Assembly (NCBI RefSeq): GCF_021869535.1
Contig: NW_026262712.1
Coordinates: 116,250,001 to 116,314,000 of the forward strand
Length of the DNA: 64,000 nt
From: Mytilus californianus
Taxonomy: Eukaryota
Direction of reading: 5' to 3'
The position numbers were made by a program, and so were the translations under genes. Within the stretch, counting starts at the first letter, position 1. Each line of letters opens with the position of its first letter. This document shows, piece after piece, positions 12,068 to 24,856 of this stretch. Under the pieces are notes generated by a model that saw only the letters and a list, made by a program, of their open reading frames with translations, searched no databases and was not told where the DNA came from.

Positions 12068-14655
12068 ATACTGTCTAGTCTAAAACTTTTAGCATGGAAT
12101 GTAAGACATGTAAGAAGCATTATGTCTTCTACTGTATGTTTAAGTAATTTATTAAAAAATACTGACTGGGATGTTTGTATTATCTCTGAACATAAACTTA
12201 AAAACAGATCCTTGAATGGTTTGTCCAGTATTGAGCGAGGATATAAATGTATATGTAAAGCTGTTTCCTTGTTTAACTTTTATAACGCATATCACGGTAC
12301 AGGCGGAATTGCCATCCTGTATAAGAGCACACTTCAATTTTCTATTAATGAAATTCACGATACGAACGCAAAAAGAATTGTTGGCTTTGAGATCAAAAGC
12401 CCATCTAAAGGGTCATTTTTTATTTTTGGTGCATATTTACCATACGATGAATCTGTAGATAACTATAGAAATGAACTTGGTATATTAGATACATTATACA
12501 CAGATTACAGTAATTATGGCAATGTTATAATCGCAGGGGGTTTAAATGCCAGTTGTCTTGAAAAAGATAGATTAATTTCAAACAAGTACAAGTCTGTTGA
12601 GCTACTGAATTTTGTTAAAAGATGTCAATTGCTTTTTCCAGGTGGAATGATTCAACATGAAGGGCCAGATTATACATTTTTTAATAAGACATCAATGCAT
12701 GATTATACTCTTATGAATGATAGTATATATAGGCAGCTAATTTCTTATGAAATCTTTAGTAATGGTTCGGTTAGTAGTACATCTGATCATTTACCAATTT
12801 AAGCCGAAATAGTGTTGCAACATAATCCTCATCATGGAGTATTGAATTCATTGAGTAAGCTACCAGCATGGTACAAAATAACTGACAATCAAATACAACT
12901 GTATAAACAGTTTTTACACGAACCTTTACAAAATTTGATAGAGAAAATGGACTCGGATAATGAAGACGTATATACTATATACAACGATATGGTGACTATT
13001 TCACATTTTGCAGCAGATAAAACAGTCGTAAATGTAGATTTAATCTATTTACTAAACCGTTTTGGACCTCTGGTGTTAAGATTGCTCACGAGAAAGAGAG
13101 GACATGGAAAAGCCTGGGTGATTGATGGTCGCCCTAGAGGTATGCATCAGGATTCATATAAGATTTACAAGAGAGCAAGACATGAATTCAAAAATATACA
13201 ACAGGCTGCGTATGAACAATATATACAACAAACTAACGATGACATTAATAAGGCAGCTGAATGCGATATCCGTCTTTTTTGGAAACTCTTTAAACGTAAG
13301 AAAACTGTCTCGTCCAAAATTTGTCCTGAAACAATCCAGGATGACAATATATACAACACTCCCGCAAGCATCGCTAATGCGTCTATGGACTACTTTTCGA
13401 AACTTTACAAGCCTGATAGTAATGAAGTTTATGATAATGACACGAAAAAACAGATAGAGCTTGATTACAATAAAATATTAAAATCTTGTTATGAAAAAAA
13501 GTGTATTTGCTAGATGGTATTATCAAACTAAGCGAAGTCGATGGTATAATTAAACTTTTTAAGCGTAGAAAAGCTAGTGGCCATGACAAACTTCAACACG
13601 AACACCTGTTGTATGGTGATACTGTCGTTCGATGTTTAACATTGTAATTCAACCTAGTTGTGAGCAAAGGTCGTATCCCTAATGGCTGGAAACTTGCTCT
13701 TCTTGTTTCGTTTTTTAAAGGCAACACTAATCCTAATACTTTACCGGACAGTAACCGACCAACCACCTTGCTTCCATGTGTACTCAAAGTGTATGAGCAT
13801 GTGATTAAATCAAGATTGTTGTTATATGTCTTTGATGAGAGTGTCTTTCTGAACCCCCAGCACCAAGATTTTCAGATGTCTCTCGGATGTCTTACTGCAT
13901 CTTTTAATTAGCATTAAACTATATTTCATAATATTGAATTGTTTAGTAACATTTTTGTAGCATTCCTGGATAGCAGGAAAGCATTCAATACGGTATTCAG
14001 ACTAGGTTTAATGTACAAGCAGTTTAAACTAGGTGAACATGATAAGCTATGGTTAATAATTAATGACTGCCATTGTAATACAAAAAGTGCAGTTGTTAAT
14101 CAATGTCAATCAGCTTTCTTTCCTGTAATAAAAGTTGTACGAATGGAGGTGTCCTCTCAGGTTTATTGTATTTAGTATTAATAAATGATTTAATTTGTGA
14201 TCTGGAAAAAAATAATCTAAATACAGGTATGTTAAATATCAACTGTGGTGCACCATCTCTTGCTGATGACATCATGTATTGCCACATCACCAGTATCCTT
14301 ACAACGTATGCTTAATGTGTGTAACCAATATTCCAAGAAATGGCGTTTTCGTTACAATGCCAATAAGTCGTGTATTACTCAATTTTTCTGTAAATGCGGA
14401 AGAGATCAATGTCAATGTCCAATAGTTTATTATTGGTAATGAACGTATTCCGATAGCAAATAACAATTTTCTCTTAGGTAAAGAACTAAACTGTCGATTT
14501 AAATCAAATCAAAGAACTGAAAGTTTATGCAGAAAAGGCAGAAAAGCATTCTTTGCGTAAACTGGTATCAAGACAAACACAACGAATCCTTGTGTATTAC
14601 TAACACTTTATAAAACTGTGATACTGCCCATTGTGTTGTACGGGTGTGAGATGCG
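12068..14655 (+). pseudogene. ORF2 of an L2/CR1-group LINE (APE endonuclease plus reverse transcriptase), many stops and frameshifts, 3' truncated
   Basis: APE motifs WNVR, SEH, GGIAIL, IAGGLNA, SDHLPI. RT motifs KASGHD, RPTTLLPC, FLDSRKAFNTV, GGVLSGLLY, LADDI, WRFRYNANKS. LYGCEM at about 14635-14655, then homology stops. Confidence 0.9.
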
Positions 14656-15114
14656 GAGATCGTTTTCACGTGTAGAGAAATTTACTAATTACCAGTGCAT
14701 GATATGATTACATCTTTCTTATTGGTCAATGATCTTGTGGGGTCAGCACGAGTTCACGTGTACGTGCTCAGTAGGCAATTCCTTTTATCATCAGCTTTTG
14801 ACTTGTTAACCTGTAATTCTTATCAAGCAATTTGTGAAAAGTTTAAAACCTCATACCTCCCTTAATTTTATCTTTAGAAAAATATATGTATATATGTTTA
14901 TTAGCGGGGCAGACTTTTCTCCCACTTTGCTATTCTTTTTCATATATTCAATTGATATGATTTTAGTTCATGTAATTTCGTAATGATTATGTATTATAAT
15001 TTCATATCAATTTGGAACTTTTATGTCAAATTAGCTTTTATATCATATAGAAAAACAAGCTCAGACTCTGTATACATAAGTATGTTTATGGTATCTGTTT
15101 ATCTGTCTTAAATA

Positions 15115-15326
15115 ATCTTATTCCAAAACTTTATTAAGAATGTTTAGAAAATTAATAGATTTATGCAAGTTGAAACACCGTTCAATGTGACCTTGATGTT
15201 AAATTTATTTATGTTTGAAATATGTTTCATGTGTAAATTGTGTATATAAATGTAAATAAACTTGTTTCAGCCTATGTTGTTGGTTATATTATTAACAATA
15301 CGATTTACTCCTCTTTACATGCTAAG
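15115..15326 (+). repeat. About 200-bp direct repeat, right copy
   Basis: See 10831-11031; offset about 4.29 kb. Confidence 0.85.
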
Positions 15327-15774
15327 TAGTTTCATACAAGGTAGGCCGACCAATGATAAAAATTAAGACACCACGTTAAATGAAGTTATGTTGGGTAGGG
15401 GCAGACATTTAGCCATAAAACAAACCACTACTGTGAGGAAATTTTCAATTTCTAAGAAATCAGAAAACCAAGAAAGAAGAATAGGTACTCTTAGTCCAAT
15501 CTACCAGCTCTTGGTTATAGTTTAGTTAATTGGTTCTCAAACAACTGGTGTTTCCTGTTTTTATTTTAATATTTTATGTCTTGCTTTGTTTCAAGGTCAA
15601 AAGGGTCAGAAACACCAATGTAAAGTATCAAACTATCTTTCGTTTCATTTAGTTTTATAGTACAAACTAAATGCTAGCCCTTTTCATGCTAAAATGAAAA
15701 TTAAAGATTTGTATAGATCAGTATACTGGTACTGTGAAGATCGGAAACACATTAAAACCAGTGAAATATGAAAT

Positions 15775-16060
15775 CATAATAAAAAGTAAAATCACAAAAA
15801 TACTGAACTCCGAGGTAAATTCAATCGGAAAGTCCCTAATCACATGGCAAAATCAAATGACAAAACACATCAAACGAATGGACAACAACTGTCATATTCC
15901 TGACTTGGTACAGGCATTTTCAAATGTAGAAAATGGTGGATTGAACCTGGTGTTATAGCGCTAAACCTCTCACTTGTACGACAGTCTTATCAAATTCCGT
16001 TATATTTACAACGATGCGTGAACAAAACAGACATTATAAATAAAATAGTCAAAATATGGG
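15775..16060 (+). repeat. Interspersed repeat (aaaatcacaaaaatactgaactccgagg family)
   Basis: Reverse complement of 39825-39960 and 5415-5550. Confidence 0.75.
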
Positions 16061-16399
16061 TACAGCAGTCATCACTGTGTTACATCTATCAAATTAAAAA
16101 CCACATTCATTGCTTCGCGTGTCTGACGTCAGAAAATGTAAACGTCACATAAGAAAAAAGTTTGTCAATCAATGTTTATTCAAAACAATTTTATAATTTC
16201 ACATGGGGAATGTTGGTATACAGGGTTAAAAAATCAAAAGTTATGTTAGAATTAATTTCAGAAATAGACCGAGATTTAAAATTGTCCAGAAGTACTTTAG
16301 AATTTTTAAGAATCCACATGTGGTTAATAGCAATACGCAAGTAAAATAGATTTGTCGTTTGTCGTTCAAAGTATTTTCAAATTTATAATAGAACAATAA

Positions 16400-16775
16400 C
16401 ATAATGACATATAATAGAACAATAATATAATGCCGGGATCTTTTAAAGTACAGAGTCACGTTATAAGAACCACAGAAACACAAAAAGTCGCATATACACT
16501 ACACACCAGCAAAAATGAAAGATAATACCAATACATTGACGGGATGTATAAGTACCGAGCCTCGTCAAATGGATATCACAGAAAACAGACCAAACAGTAA
16601 AAGTAATATTAATAATAGAACACAGACAAATGAAAGAACAATATTACACGTTGTTAAGATGATAAACAACGTCAGTATGCAGAATCTATACTTCAAGACC
16701 ATCATGTATTATTTGTGAAGTTGATACGGAATATTTATCAACAAGGTCTTGGTACCTTCCGATGAACTTTCTTAG
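16400..16775 (-). mobile_element. Second Naiad-type PLE tail (different subfamily)
   Basis: Minus strand 16775-16690 reads LRKFIGRYQDLVDKYSVSTSQIIHDGLEV*, homologous to LRIFYGRHQELVDR of the 5918 ORF, followed by a UTR-like tail. Confidence 0.6.
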
Positions 16776-16839
16776 AATAAGTGGTGATACATCTGGCGAC
16801 ACTACTAAGAAATATTTTGTTTGATGTCATAATGTTTCG

Positions 16840-17260
16840 GAAATGTGTAAAAGAGACAACAACCCGACCTTAGAGCAGAAAACAGCCCTAGGTAGCCAAT
16901 GGGTTTTCAATACAGCGAGAAAATCCCGCACCGCTAGGCGGGCTGCAGCTGGCCCCGAAAAACAAACATTTGTATTATATTAAAGAGAATTGACTTCACA
17001 CTTAACTCCGAAACATATAATAAACCAAAATAAAAAAAATCATACAAGACTAACAAAGGACAGAGGCTCCTGACTTGAGACAGGTGCAAAAATATGGCGG
17101 GGTTAAACAAGTTTTGTGAGATCTCCCCCTATTCCTCTAGCTAATGTAGATTAAACAAACACACAGCAATACGCACAGTTAAACTCAGTTTAAAAGAAGT
17201 CCGATGGCAGAATAGGTAACAGAAGAAAATAGCATACTAACAATGATACAGATCTCAATT
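16840..17260 (+). repeat. Interspersed repeat (aaagagacaacaacccgacc family)
   Basis: Shared with 38245-38310 (+) and 53603-53670 (-). Confidence 0.7.
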
Positions 17261-18640
17261 AAACTGATTGAAAGATTATGTCTTTATTATATGAAAATCC
17301 AGCAAAATTCCTCCCGTTATGTATTTAGTATTATACCATCATAACATATACGAAGAGAACATAACCCGTATCATGCCAGCAACTGGTTTTAGAATAAATG
17401 TGTATATTGCCGATGCAAAGACCCTATGAGTAAATCAATATTCATTCCAAAGATGCAATCTTTAGTGACCTGACAACAGTATCGTAACTATATCCCTTAT
17501 GAATAAGTCTGTTTAAAATTGGTTAGTTTTTTAGGTAAATGACGACATTTTTGTGCTTTGTATAGAATATTACAATAGAAGATTGGATGTGAAATACTAG
17601 AACGTATAAGATGTCTGCATGTTGATGTATATTTACGAATAATGTCCTTTTATCGATGATAAAATTTAGTAAATGCTTTGACAAGAATGTATACTTTAGA
17701 TACAATTATTTGATGTTCATTTTGAGGAGAAAAAAAAACCAAACAAGTAAATGGGAACAAACTGATTCTTAAACTTTATGCTGGATTTAAAGAATTTAAA
17801 AAGTTTTAGTTATTCTAATTCTATAGATAATATCAATTATGCCATTAATATTCAAACATAAAGTTGTATTTGTTTGTTTCAAAATTCAACTTTTAGTCAG
17901 TTTCAATCGTAAATCCTTTGAAGCTGACAAATGTGCTTTGGGGCAGTTGTTACTCATTTACATATTTTTCTTGTTGTGAACTCTCTAAGATAAAATCCTT
18001 TACTAACAACATGATTTACATTAATTCTTCACAATATAGGAACACCAAATTCTACAATTTCATTGGCCGAGAGCACTATGATATATTTTGAAGGTATATG
18101 ATATACTATTTAACTAATAATTATTATAAAACTGGACTTAAACAAGTTTGTCTCCTTTTCTTTCTGTCACGATTGATCGAAGCAAAACCAATACTGCATA
18201 GTCAGCTATAAAAGGCCCCGAAATGACAAATGTAAAACTATTCAAAAGAGAAAAATAGCGGCCATGTGTTTGCTTTCAAGTTTTGATAACGTTCAAATCA
18301 AAATATTTCAAAGTTTAAATGTAGAAATGTTTCCACATGTACAATGTATCCTTATCCGTCTTGTTGTTATCAACATGTAGGAGCTCCAGCATAAAAATAA
18401 TAAATGTTTATATAGAAGAGCTAAAATCGAAAAACAAGATGCAACATACATCTAAATATGTTTATTATGTTAAAGGAAGAAAAACCAAGACAAATGGCGT
18501 TATTTAGAACCGTATGTAGTAGTATACCTGACTCTATTTTACTCAGTTAACTGGCTGATCTTATTTCAACACGTGCAATTTGTCAAAAGTACAGGTGTAA
18601 ATGTCCAGATACATTCTTGTTACAAATTTAGCATTTCTTA

Positions 18641-18858
18641 TTGAAATCATGTTAATGTAGCGACGGTGTCAAGAATTGTGGATTATTCTGTGCATTGAAA
18701 TCATGTTAATGTAGCGACGGTGTCAAGAATTGTGGACTATTCTGCTTATTGAAATCATGTTAATGTAGCGACGGTGTCAAGAATTGTGGATTATTCTGAG
18801 CATTGAAATCATGTTAATGTAGCGACGGTGTCAAGAATTGTGGACTATTCTGAGCATT
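18641..18858. repeat. Tandem repeat, 4 x 54 bp
   Basis: Units start at 18641, 18695, 18749, 18803 (ttgaaatcatgttaatgtagcgacggtgtcaagaattgtgga.tattctg..ca). Stops occur in all six frames. Confidence 0.95.
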
Positions 18859-19850
18859 CACATATGTTGTATCTAGCATGCAGATCGATAACAATACAAA
18901 TATCTTCCAACTACTACAATTAAGACGACCTGAGTTCTTCACACACTTTGTAGTACTAGTACTAACAATCACCATAACACTAATTTACTTAAAAAGAATA
19001 TCCATTGATGTATCATAGTTCTAGTTTGGTTATGAACACTTTTTTCACAAGTTGACATTTTTTCTTTTTCTCAATTAATTATGTAATTTTAGTTTTATAT
19101 GGGTTTTACTAGAACGAGCTTACATGTATCTTAATTGTGGCAGGTTTTGTAAATTAAAAAAAGTGTAAAAAGAGTAACAAACATCATGACTAAAAGGAAC
19201 ACATACCAGTCTACTTAACATTGCACAGAAAACTAAAAATTATGAAACTCAAACCCAAATGAAAACCATAGTGAACTCAAGCGGTGCCTGTTCAAATAGT
19301 GGAAACTGTTGTGTACCTCATGGGAAGTACAACTTAATTGAAAATTCTCACTTTACTGATGTCACATGCATGGAAAAGAGGATATGATTGTGTTGTGATG
19401 TTAAAAATATATGTGGTTATCTGTCAAACAGTATTCAACGTTTATTAAATCATTATATTACAACGCTATAATTGTTCGTTCATTATGAATACATCATTAA
19501 GGAGGAATACAAACGATGTCATGAAGCTCTACATGTTCACTTGGAATTTGCAAATGTTTATGTAAATTTTGTAAAGAAATGAATGTAAAGAGAGATAAAA
19601 AAACATAGTGTACTGTTTCCTAATTAAATATCTTTTTATTAATGTTGCTGCATAAACACTGCTTATGATTACTTTCTACACAATACAAATCGAAAGTTAA
19701 TATTTTTTTCTTTTAGCAGTACTAGTAATTTTGTTAATAATGATTCAAATAACCTGTACATGTTTTTTATTTCAAGTCTCCAAAATTGAATTTATTGTAT
19801 ACCACTAGCACAATTGTAAACTCAACATAGGAAATTCTAGGCTTAAGCTT

Positions 19851-20012
19851 ATGTTATCGTAGACTCTTTAAGCTTATTGTAAACTTTCAAAGTCATCGTA
19901 GGCTCGTCAAGGTTATCGTAGACTTTTAAAGTCACCGAAGGCTCGTCAAGGTTATCGTTGACTTTCAAGGTTATCATAGATTCTTTAAGGTTATTGTAGA
20001 CTCGTCAAGGTG
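19851..20012. repeat. Degenerate minisatellite, about 19-20 bp unit (aaggttatcgtagactc)
   Basis: About 8 imperfect copies of aaggttatcgtagac visible. Confidence 0.75.
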
Positions 20013-21449
20013 GTCTTGCAAAATCGTTAGTCGTTATAATATCTGTGTTTCATTCAAAAGAAAATCCAGATTTACGACTGTTGACTGGTTGATTGTTGGT
20101 GTTTAATGCCACCTTAAGCACCCTTAACTATATTATGACTGTCAGTTTTTATTGGTGGAGGACACCCGAGTGCCGGTGAGAATAACCACCCTTCGGAACA
20201 AAAATCCAGTCAATTAATATCAGTGTCGAATGCACCTGCCACTTACAATTTTCGACGATTGTTGAATTGCTTATAACACAGACCTTTTTAAAATAGAAGG
20301 TGCAACTATCATTTATATGTTACAATTTAAGTACACAAAACGAAACAAATTTTTACGTTAATATGTAACTAAGAGAAAATTTCAATCATTCATCGAGCTT
20401 TATTTCGCGTAGAGCAAAATGTTTGTAATGCATGGCTGATTTTCAAATTTTTTCAAATATTTTTCTTAGAACATTATTTCGTATAATCAAATACGCTAAA
20501 TCACCATTACTGTGCGTGGACTATATTATTTTGCTTAGCACACACTCTTTAATAACATAGCTTTCTATAAAGGTGATAAAAAATTTCCTGATTTTCTTAT
20601 ATATATTTTGATAGTCTATTGACCCTAGTTCTTAATATCCTTCTTAAAATATATTTTAAATGCTGTGCTATTGGTCAGAGGTCGTAAAAGTGGATCCGAT
20701 ATATAGTAAGATAATATCAATTTGACAGCTTCGTCAAACAATTTAAAATTTGAAACGTGGAATGTATTTGCCTTGCCTTCGCATTTCCGCAACTGTTACA
20801 ATCTCTCAGTATCTTGAATATTTATGAATTTATAGTTTTGTTGACATATGAACAAATAAACATTAAAATATTCCTTAGAACTTGCATCAGTTATCGGTAA
20901 ACGCTATAGGTTGGTTTTCTTTCTTTTTTACATCACTCCTTGAATAAAACACGACTTATTGTGCATGTGATTCATTCCCTTTCTAGTGTAACCCTGTTGC
21001 ACCTACAATATAAATCAGGTCCTATTCCCTTGGCTTCTTCTGTAAAGTTAAGTTACAACATGTTACTTTTAAAAACTATTTCAACTATAACATGTTTTAC
21101 GACAATAACCGATTTCTATATTATGGTAGCTATCATAGCGTAAAGTGAAAACTCTTTCTTTATTCCCCCAAAAAAATCCTTTTTTCTAATATTTTCTCAC
21201 TTTATATACATTTAAATGATAATGAAAATATGATGGTAGAAGTACATATTATCATGAAACAAACAAAATGCCTTTATTTATCAGAAAAAGATAAAAAAAA
21301 ATATCTGCTTGAAAATCATACAAATCAGTGTAAACACTAGTTCTTTACTTCAGAAGACTTCAGCACATTTTAAAAATCTAAACTTGTCAATGAGCGCTAT
21401 ATAACTATATACTATTTACTACAGATGTTCTACCCCACGAAGAGATTAC

Positions 21450-21625
21450 CTTAGCTGTATTTGGCAAAACCTTTCGGAATAATTGGCTCGAATATTCTTC
21501 AGCTTCGTATTTTTATTTGGCATTTTGACATTTTTTTATTCCAGCGTCACTGATGAATCTTTTGTAGATTAAACGAGCGTCTGGTTTTTAACAATTATAA
21601 ACCAGGCAACTTCGTTGAGTTTTTT
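21450..21625 (+). mobile_element. Retrozyme-type repeat remnant with inactivated hammerhead (21543-21586)
   Basis: agcgtca CTGATGA ATC ttttgta GAT TAAA cgagc GTC tggt: stem II keeps pairing but GAAA has become TAAA. Upstream gattaccttagctgtatttggc matches my recollection of the Mytilus retrozyme body. Confidence 0.7.
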
Positions 21626-21639
21626 GGACTCATCGACAA

Positions 21640-22030
21640 AATGGGAGATTTCCATCTTATTTGGTCTAAGATCAAAATCGCCAGGCACATGCACCGCAGG
21701 GAATATTTCAACCTCTAGGAATCCTTTGTCCAAAGGTTTCAAAAGTTGGGAAAAAAGAAAATATTTTTAAACAGTTTTATTATAGCAGGTTCTCAGCTTC
21801 AACATGTGAGCAACATTTCTATAAAATTTCAGGAATCTGTGTTGAAAACTGTAAACGGGGTTGTTTACACCAATTATTACTATCTTTTGTAAACTTTGTT
21901 GAATAAACAAACATTGGGTAAAGAATTTTCAAAAAATGTCATAACATTTACATACATTCACCATGTCTGCTAAGTTTCAGTGATCTGGGTTGAAAATTAA
22001 AAGAGGACTGGATTACACAAATTATTATAA
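21640..22030 (+). mobile_element. Fragment resembling a pearl/HINE (Helentron-associated) element with two 148-bp internal repeats
   Basis: aa.tttcag..atctg.gttgaaaa.t..a..gg..t.g.ttacac.aattatta at 21824 and 21972. Confidence 0.45.
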
Positions 22031-23544
22031 CAAGTATAAATTTCTCCCACCTGATTATTAACGTTATTCTCAGGGATATAATCTAGTTATTTGGTTTTAT
22101 GATTACAAAGTTTTTAGCTTTTCTTTTTCATTTCCTATTAATGGGTAAGATTCTCGAAAAATGCAACAATTCAGAACAACTAGCTGTTCACGAGGATTAA
22201 GGGTTGGGTATTGCCTGAGCACAATCGGTTGGGGTATTACCTTGGCACAATCTAAAACTAATAAACTGTTGCAGTCAAACGCAGATATCTTCATGTTCAG
22301 ATATCTTGAATGAAGGTTATTCTTACGATTTAGTACAAAACGATTTTATGGACCAACATATTCATTAATATAGCGTTAACAAAGTTGAATGATTTGTATG
22401 GTAATCAAATAATTACAGCTGATATAAAAAGTGTCTCCTTTGCGTATATTTTCGAACAAGTATATATTTAGCCCTTCTCACGCGGAATTAATATAATTTT
22501 GAAATATATATGCATGTTCATGTATATTATGTTTTTTTTTTAATTATATGTTATGTTGTGTTATGTTGCCATAGCAACGCTTGTCGAGTGTGTTTGCAGT
22601 AGCTTGGTATTCCTTTCTTGTTGATACTCATTCAGATAACTAAATGGTGTTTGTTTATAGATATATGGTGTTTGTGAAGTAAGTGTTCTTCGACTCGTCA
22701 AGAAACAAGTTTTTCGTTGTTTGGTTTTCAACACTTTTTTAGTTTCCAATACCGTTGATTGGAAATGGAAATGTGAAATGTCAATTTTGTGAATCACTTA
22801 TATTCCGTATTATTTTACATTGCATTACACACTAAATGTAAGCTCTTTAAAGCCTAGCATCAATGATTTTGTAGAGAAGGAAACACTTATAGTGTTAGGA
22901 TTGACAACACTTTAAACCAGTTGAAATCACAGTAAGTGGTGATAAATGTGTAAAATCCACAGGGAAGTTAATCAAGTTTATACATTTCTTCGGAAAAATG
23001 TGCTTGTCGAACTGGTTCGTTTTAGATGAAACGTATGATATGCTTATGAGAAAATGTTGTTGATTGAAATACTAAAGTTAGTATACTGATTATGTAGAAA
23101 GAATCGAGAAGATTGAGAACCTTTAACCTTTAAATAATGAAAGTTATGTATGATTGTGCTAATGAACATTATAAAGAGAGTAAGCATATCTTGCCTTATA
23201 TTTAACCTATCAAATTTTAACAATGAAACCATTGATAACTATTTAATCACATCAATTAGAGCAATGCGTAGTTTGCGATTTTCAAACCTCATTATCCTGA
23301 AAGAAAATACAAAGGCAAGTACATAAAGTAACACCGAAGAAATCGCGCGAACCTTCAAACAGAATGAGGTCGCTTGTAAAGGACTACAGTTTTGTTGAAC
23401 ATCAATGGTATCGATTGCATTTGCCACTCGTGCTGTGTATGTGGGGGGATATTTTTTTTTAATTTATTTTATTTGTATGTTTACACTTTTTTTTTACTTT
23501 CCCTTTTCGCAATTGCAATTTGATCGGTTGATAACAAAACATAA

Positions 23545-23880
23545 CGTGAACAGAGATAATTTCAGCTTCCCTATTGTCAACTTTCCATTTCTATGTAGCA
23601 TCATTCCAACAGCTCCTGCATATCGAATATTTATCTCCCAGTAGATACGATATTCCAGAGCTTCCAATTCCACCTATGGTTTCTTGGTAACTGTGTTGCT
23701 GTTAACGAGGATGGTATTAAACCAAAAGTTCCAAGTGGTGAAGTTGAAATCAACCCATTGTCATCATGAGTTGTTTGACAGGTATGGAATATCGGTTTCA
23801 CAAATGAAGACGGATGAGTTCCAATTGTCGTCACCACTTTCCCGTCCTCTATTCATCAAATATGAACTACATAATCACCG
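23545..23880 (+). mobile_element. Third Naiad-type PLE RT-thumb remnant
   Basis: NRDNFSFPIVNFPFLCSIIPTAPAYRIFISQ*IRYSRA, then degenerate continuation. Confidence 0.7.
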
Positions 23881-24674
23881 TTTTAGTACTAATACTAACT
23901 TCTTGTTTGATTGTTAATTATATAAAGAAAAATATAATTTCTTGAAACAACACGCGATTCTTGAATAATCGTCAATTTGGTAAAATTGAATGCATGGAAA
24001 CAAATAGAAAAATCTTGAATCACACTTTTTCTCACAACAAAACTTATTCATCAGAATCATAGCTAAATGAAATTACCGCATGTACTCCTTCTTTTCTTTT
24101 ACACTACATTCAATACCCCCACCCTGTTATTCAAGGGATTTGAAAACCAAACTTTAATTATTGTCAGCATTCTATGTGCATGTTTTCTGACATGAAAGTA
24201 CACTGGTAACAAATTGAAAGCATTTCCGAATACTATAAATGTAATGTTTAATAGTGAATCTTTCCATCATTCAAGATTATATGGTCTTCCTCAGAATTCA
24301 ATTGGGCCCCTATCCATGTGTATTTACACTGGTTAAACTCGCAAGTTGTATCGCTATGAAATGAAACATAGAGATCATATGTGGTAACCAGTTGGTAGGT
24401 AAACAAAAGAAAATATCTATAAAGTTCTCCCCAAAAGAGGCATGGTTTGTGAAACAGCTGTATTTACAAACTGCAACCTACTTTACATAAACATGTCTCA
24501 AAATGTGAGTCATTTGTATTCGTTGTAATCAATGTAGTACATGAAGATACAACCAATTGACATGCTTTATAACACTTTGAACAACAGGAAATTTACACTT
24601 TTATACCTAATTGACACAGTAACTTCCTCAAAGATGAAGCATTTCTTCTCAACAAGATATGTAGCAAGGATTTA

Positions 24675-24856
24675 ATGATGGATGTAAAATTGTATCTTTG
24701 TTTTATTATTACATCATCTGTTATTGCAGGTTTGTTTTAATCTTAACCATATTTAAATTCAATGATAAATTGCATTATTTTTCCAGATTCTCATTTGTAT
24801 ATCTGTCTTGCTCTTTCAAATAAACACTTCTGGCTTAAATCTCACACGGCTACCGA
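24675..24856 (+). CDS. Candidate signal-peptide exon(s) for the Ig-domain gene
   Basis: Model A: 24675-24729 MMDVKLYLCFIITSSVIA-G|gtttgt. Model B: 24675-24683 MMD|gtaaaa joined to ttttccag|24787-24856 ILICISVLLFQINTSGLNLTRLP-A|gtatga. Both end in phase 1, compatible with the Ig exon. Confidence 0.45.

Noticed and set aside
18641-18858. Possible CRISPR array
   Set aside because: Contiguous 54-bp units with no unique spacers, no cas genes, eukaryotic context.
19259-19590. Cysteine-rich peptide (CSNSGNCC..., CSLGICKCLCKFC)
   Set aside because: Cysteines fall in different frames, there is no signal peptide or splice support, and the start overlaps a PLE-type UTR repeat.
21462-21500. Minus-strand CTGAAGA...GAAA as an antisense hammerhead
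   Set aside because: No stem II pairing; it lies in the retrozyme body and is probably chance.
22875-22931. 57-nt exon candidate (tttgtag ... gtaagt)
   Set aside because: Good splice signals but no homology or phase link to the Ig model; could be a UTR exon but cannot be supported from sequence alone.
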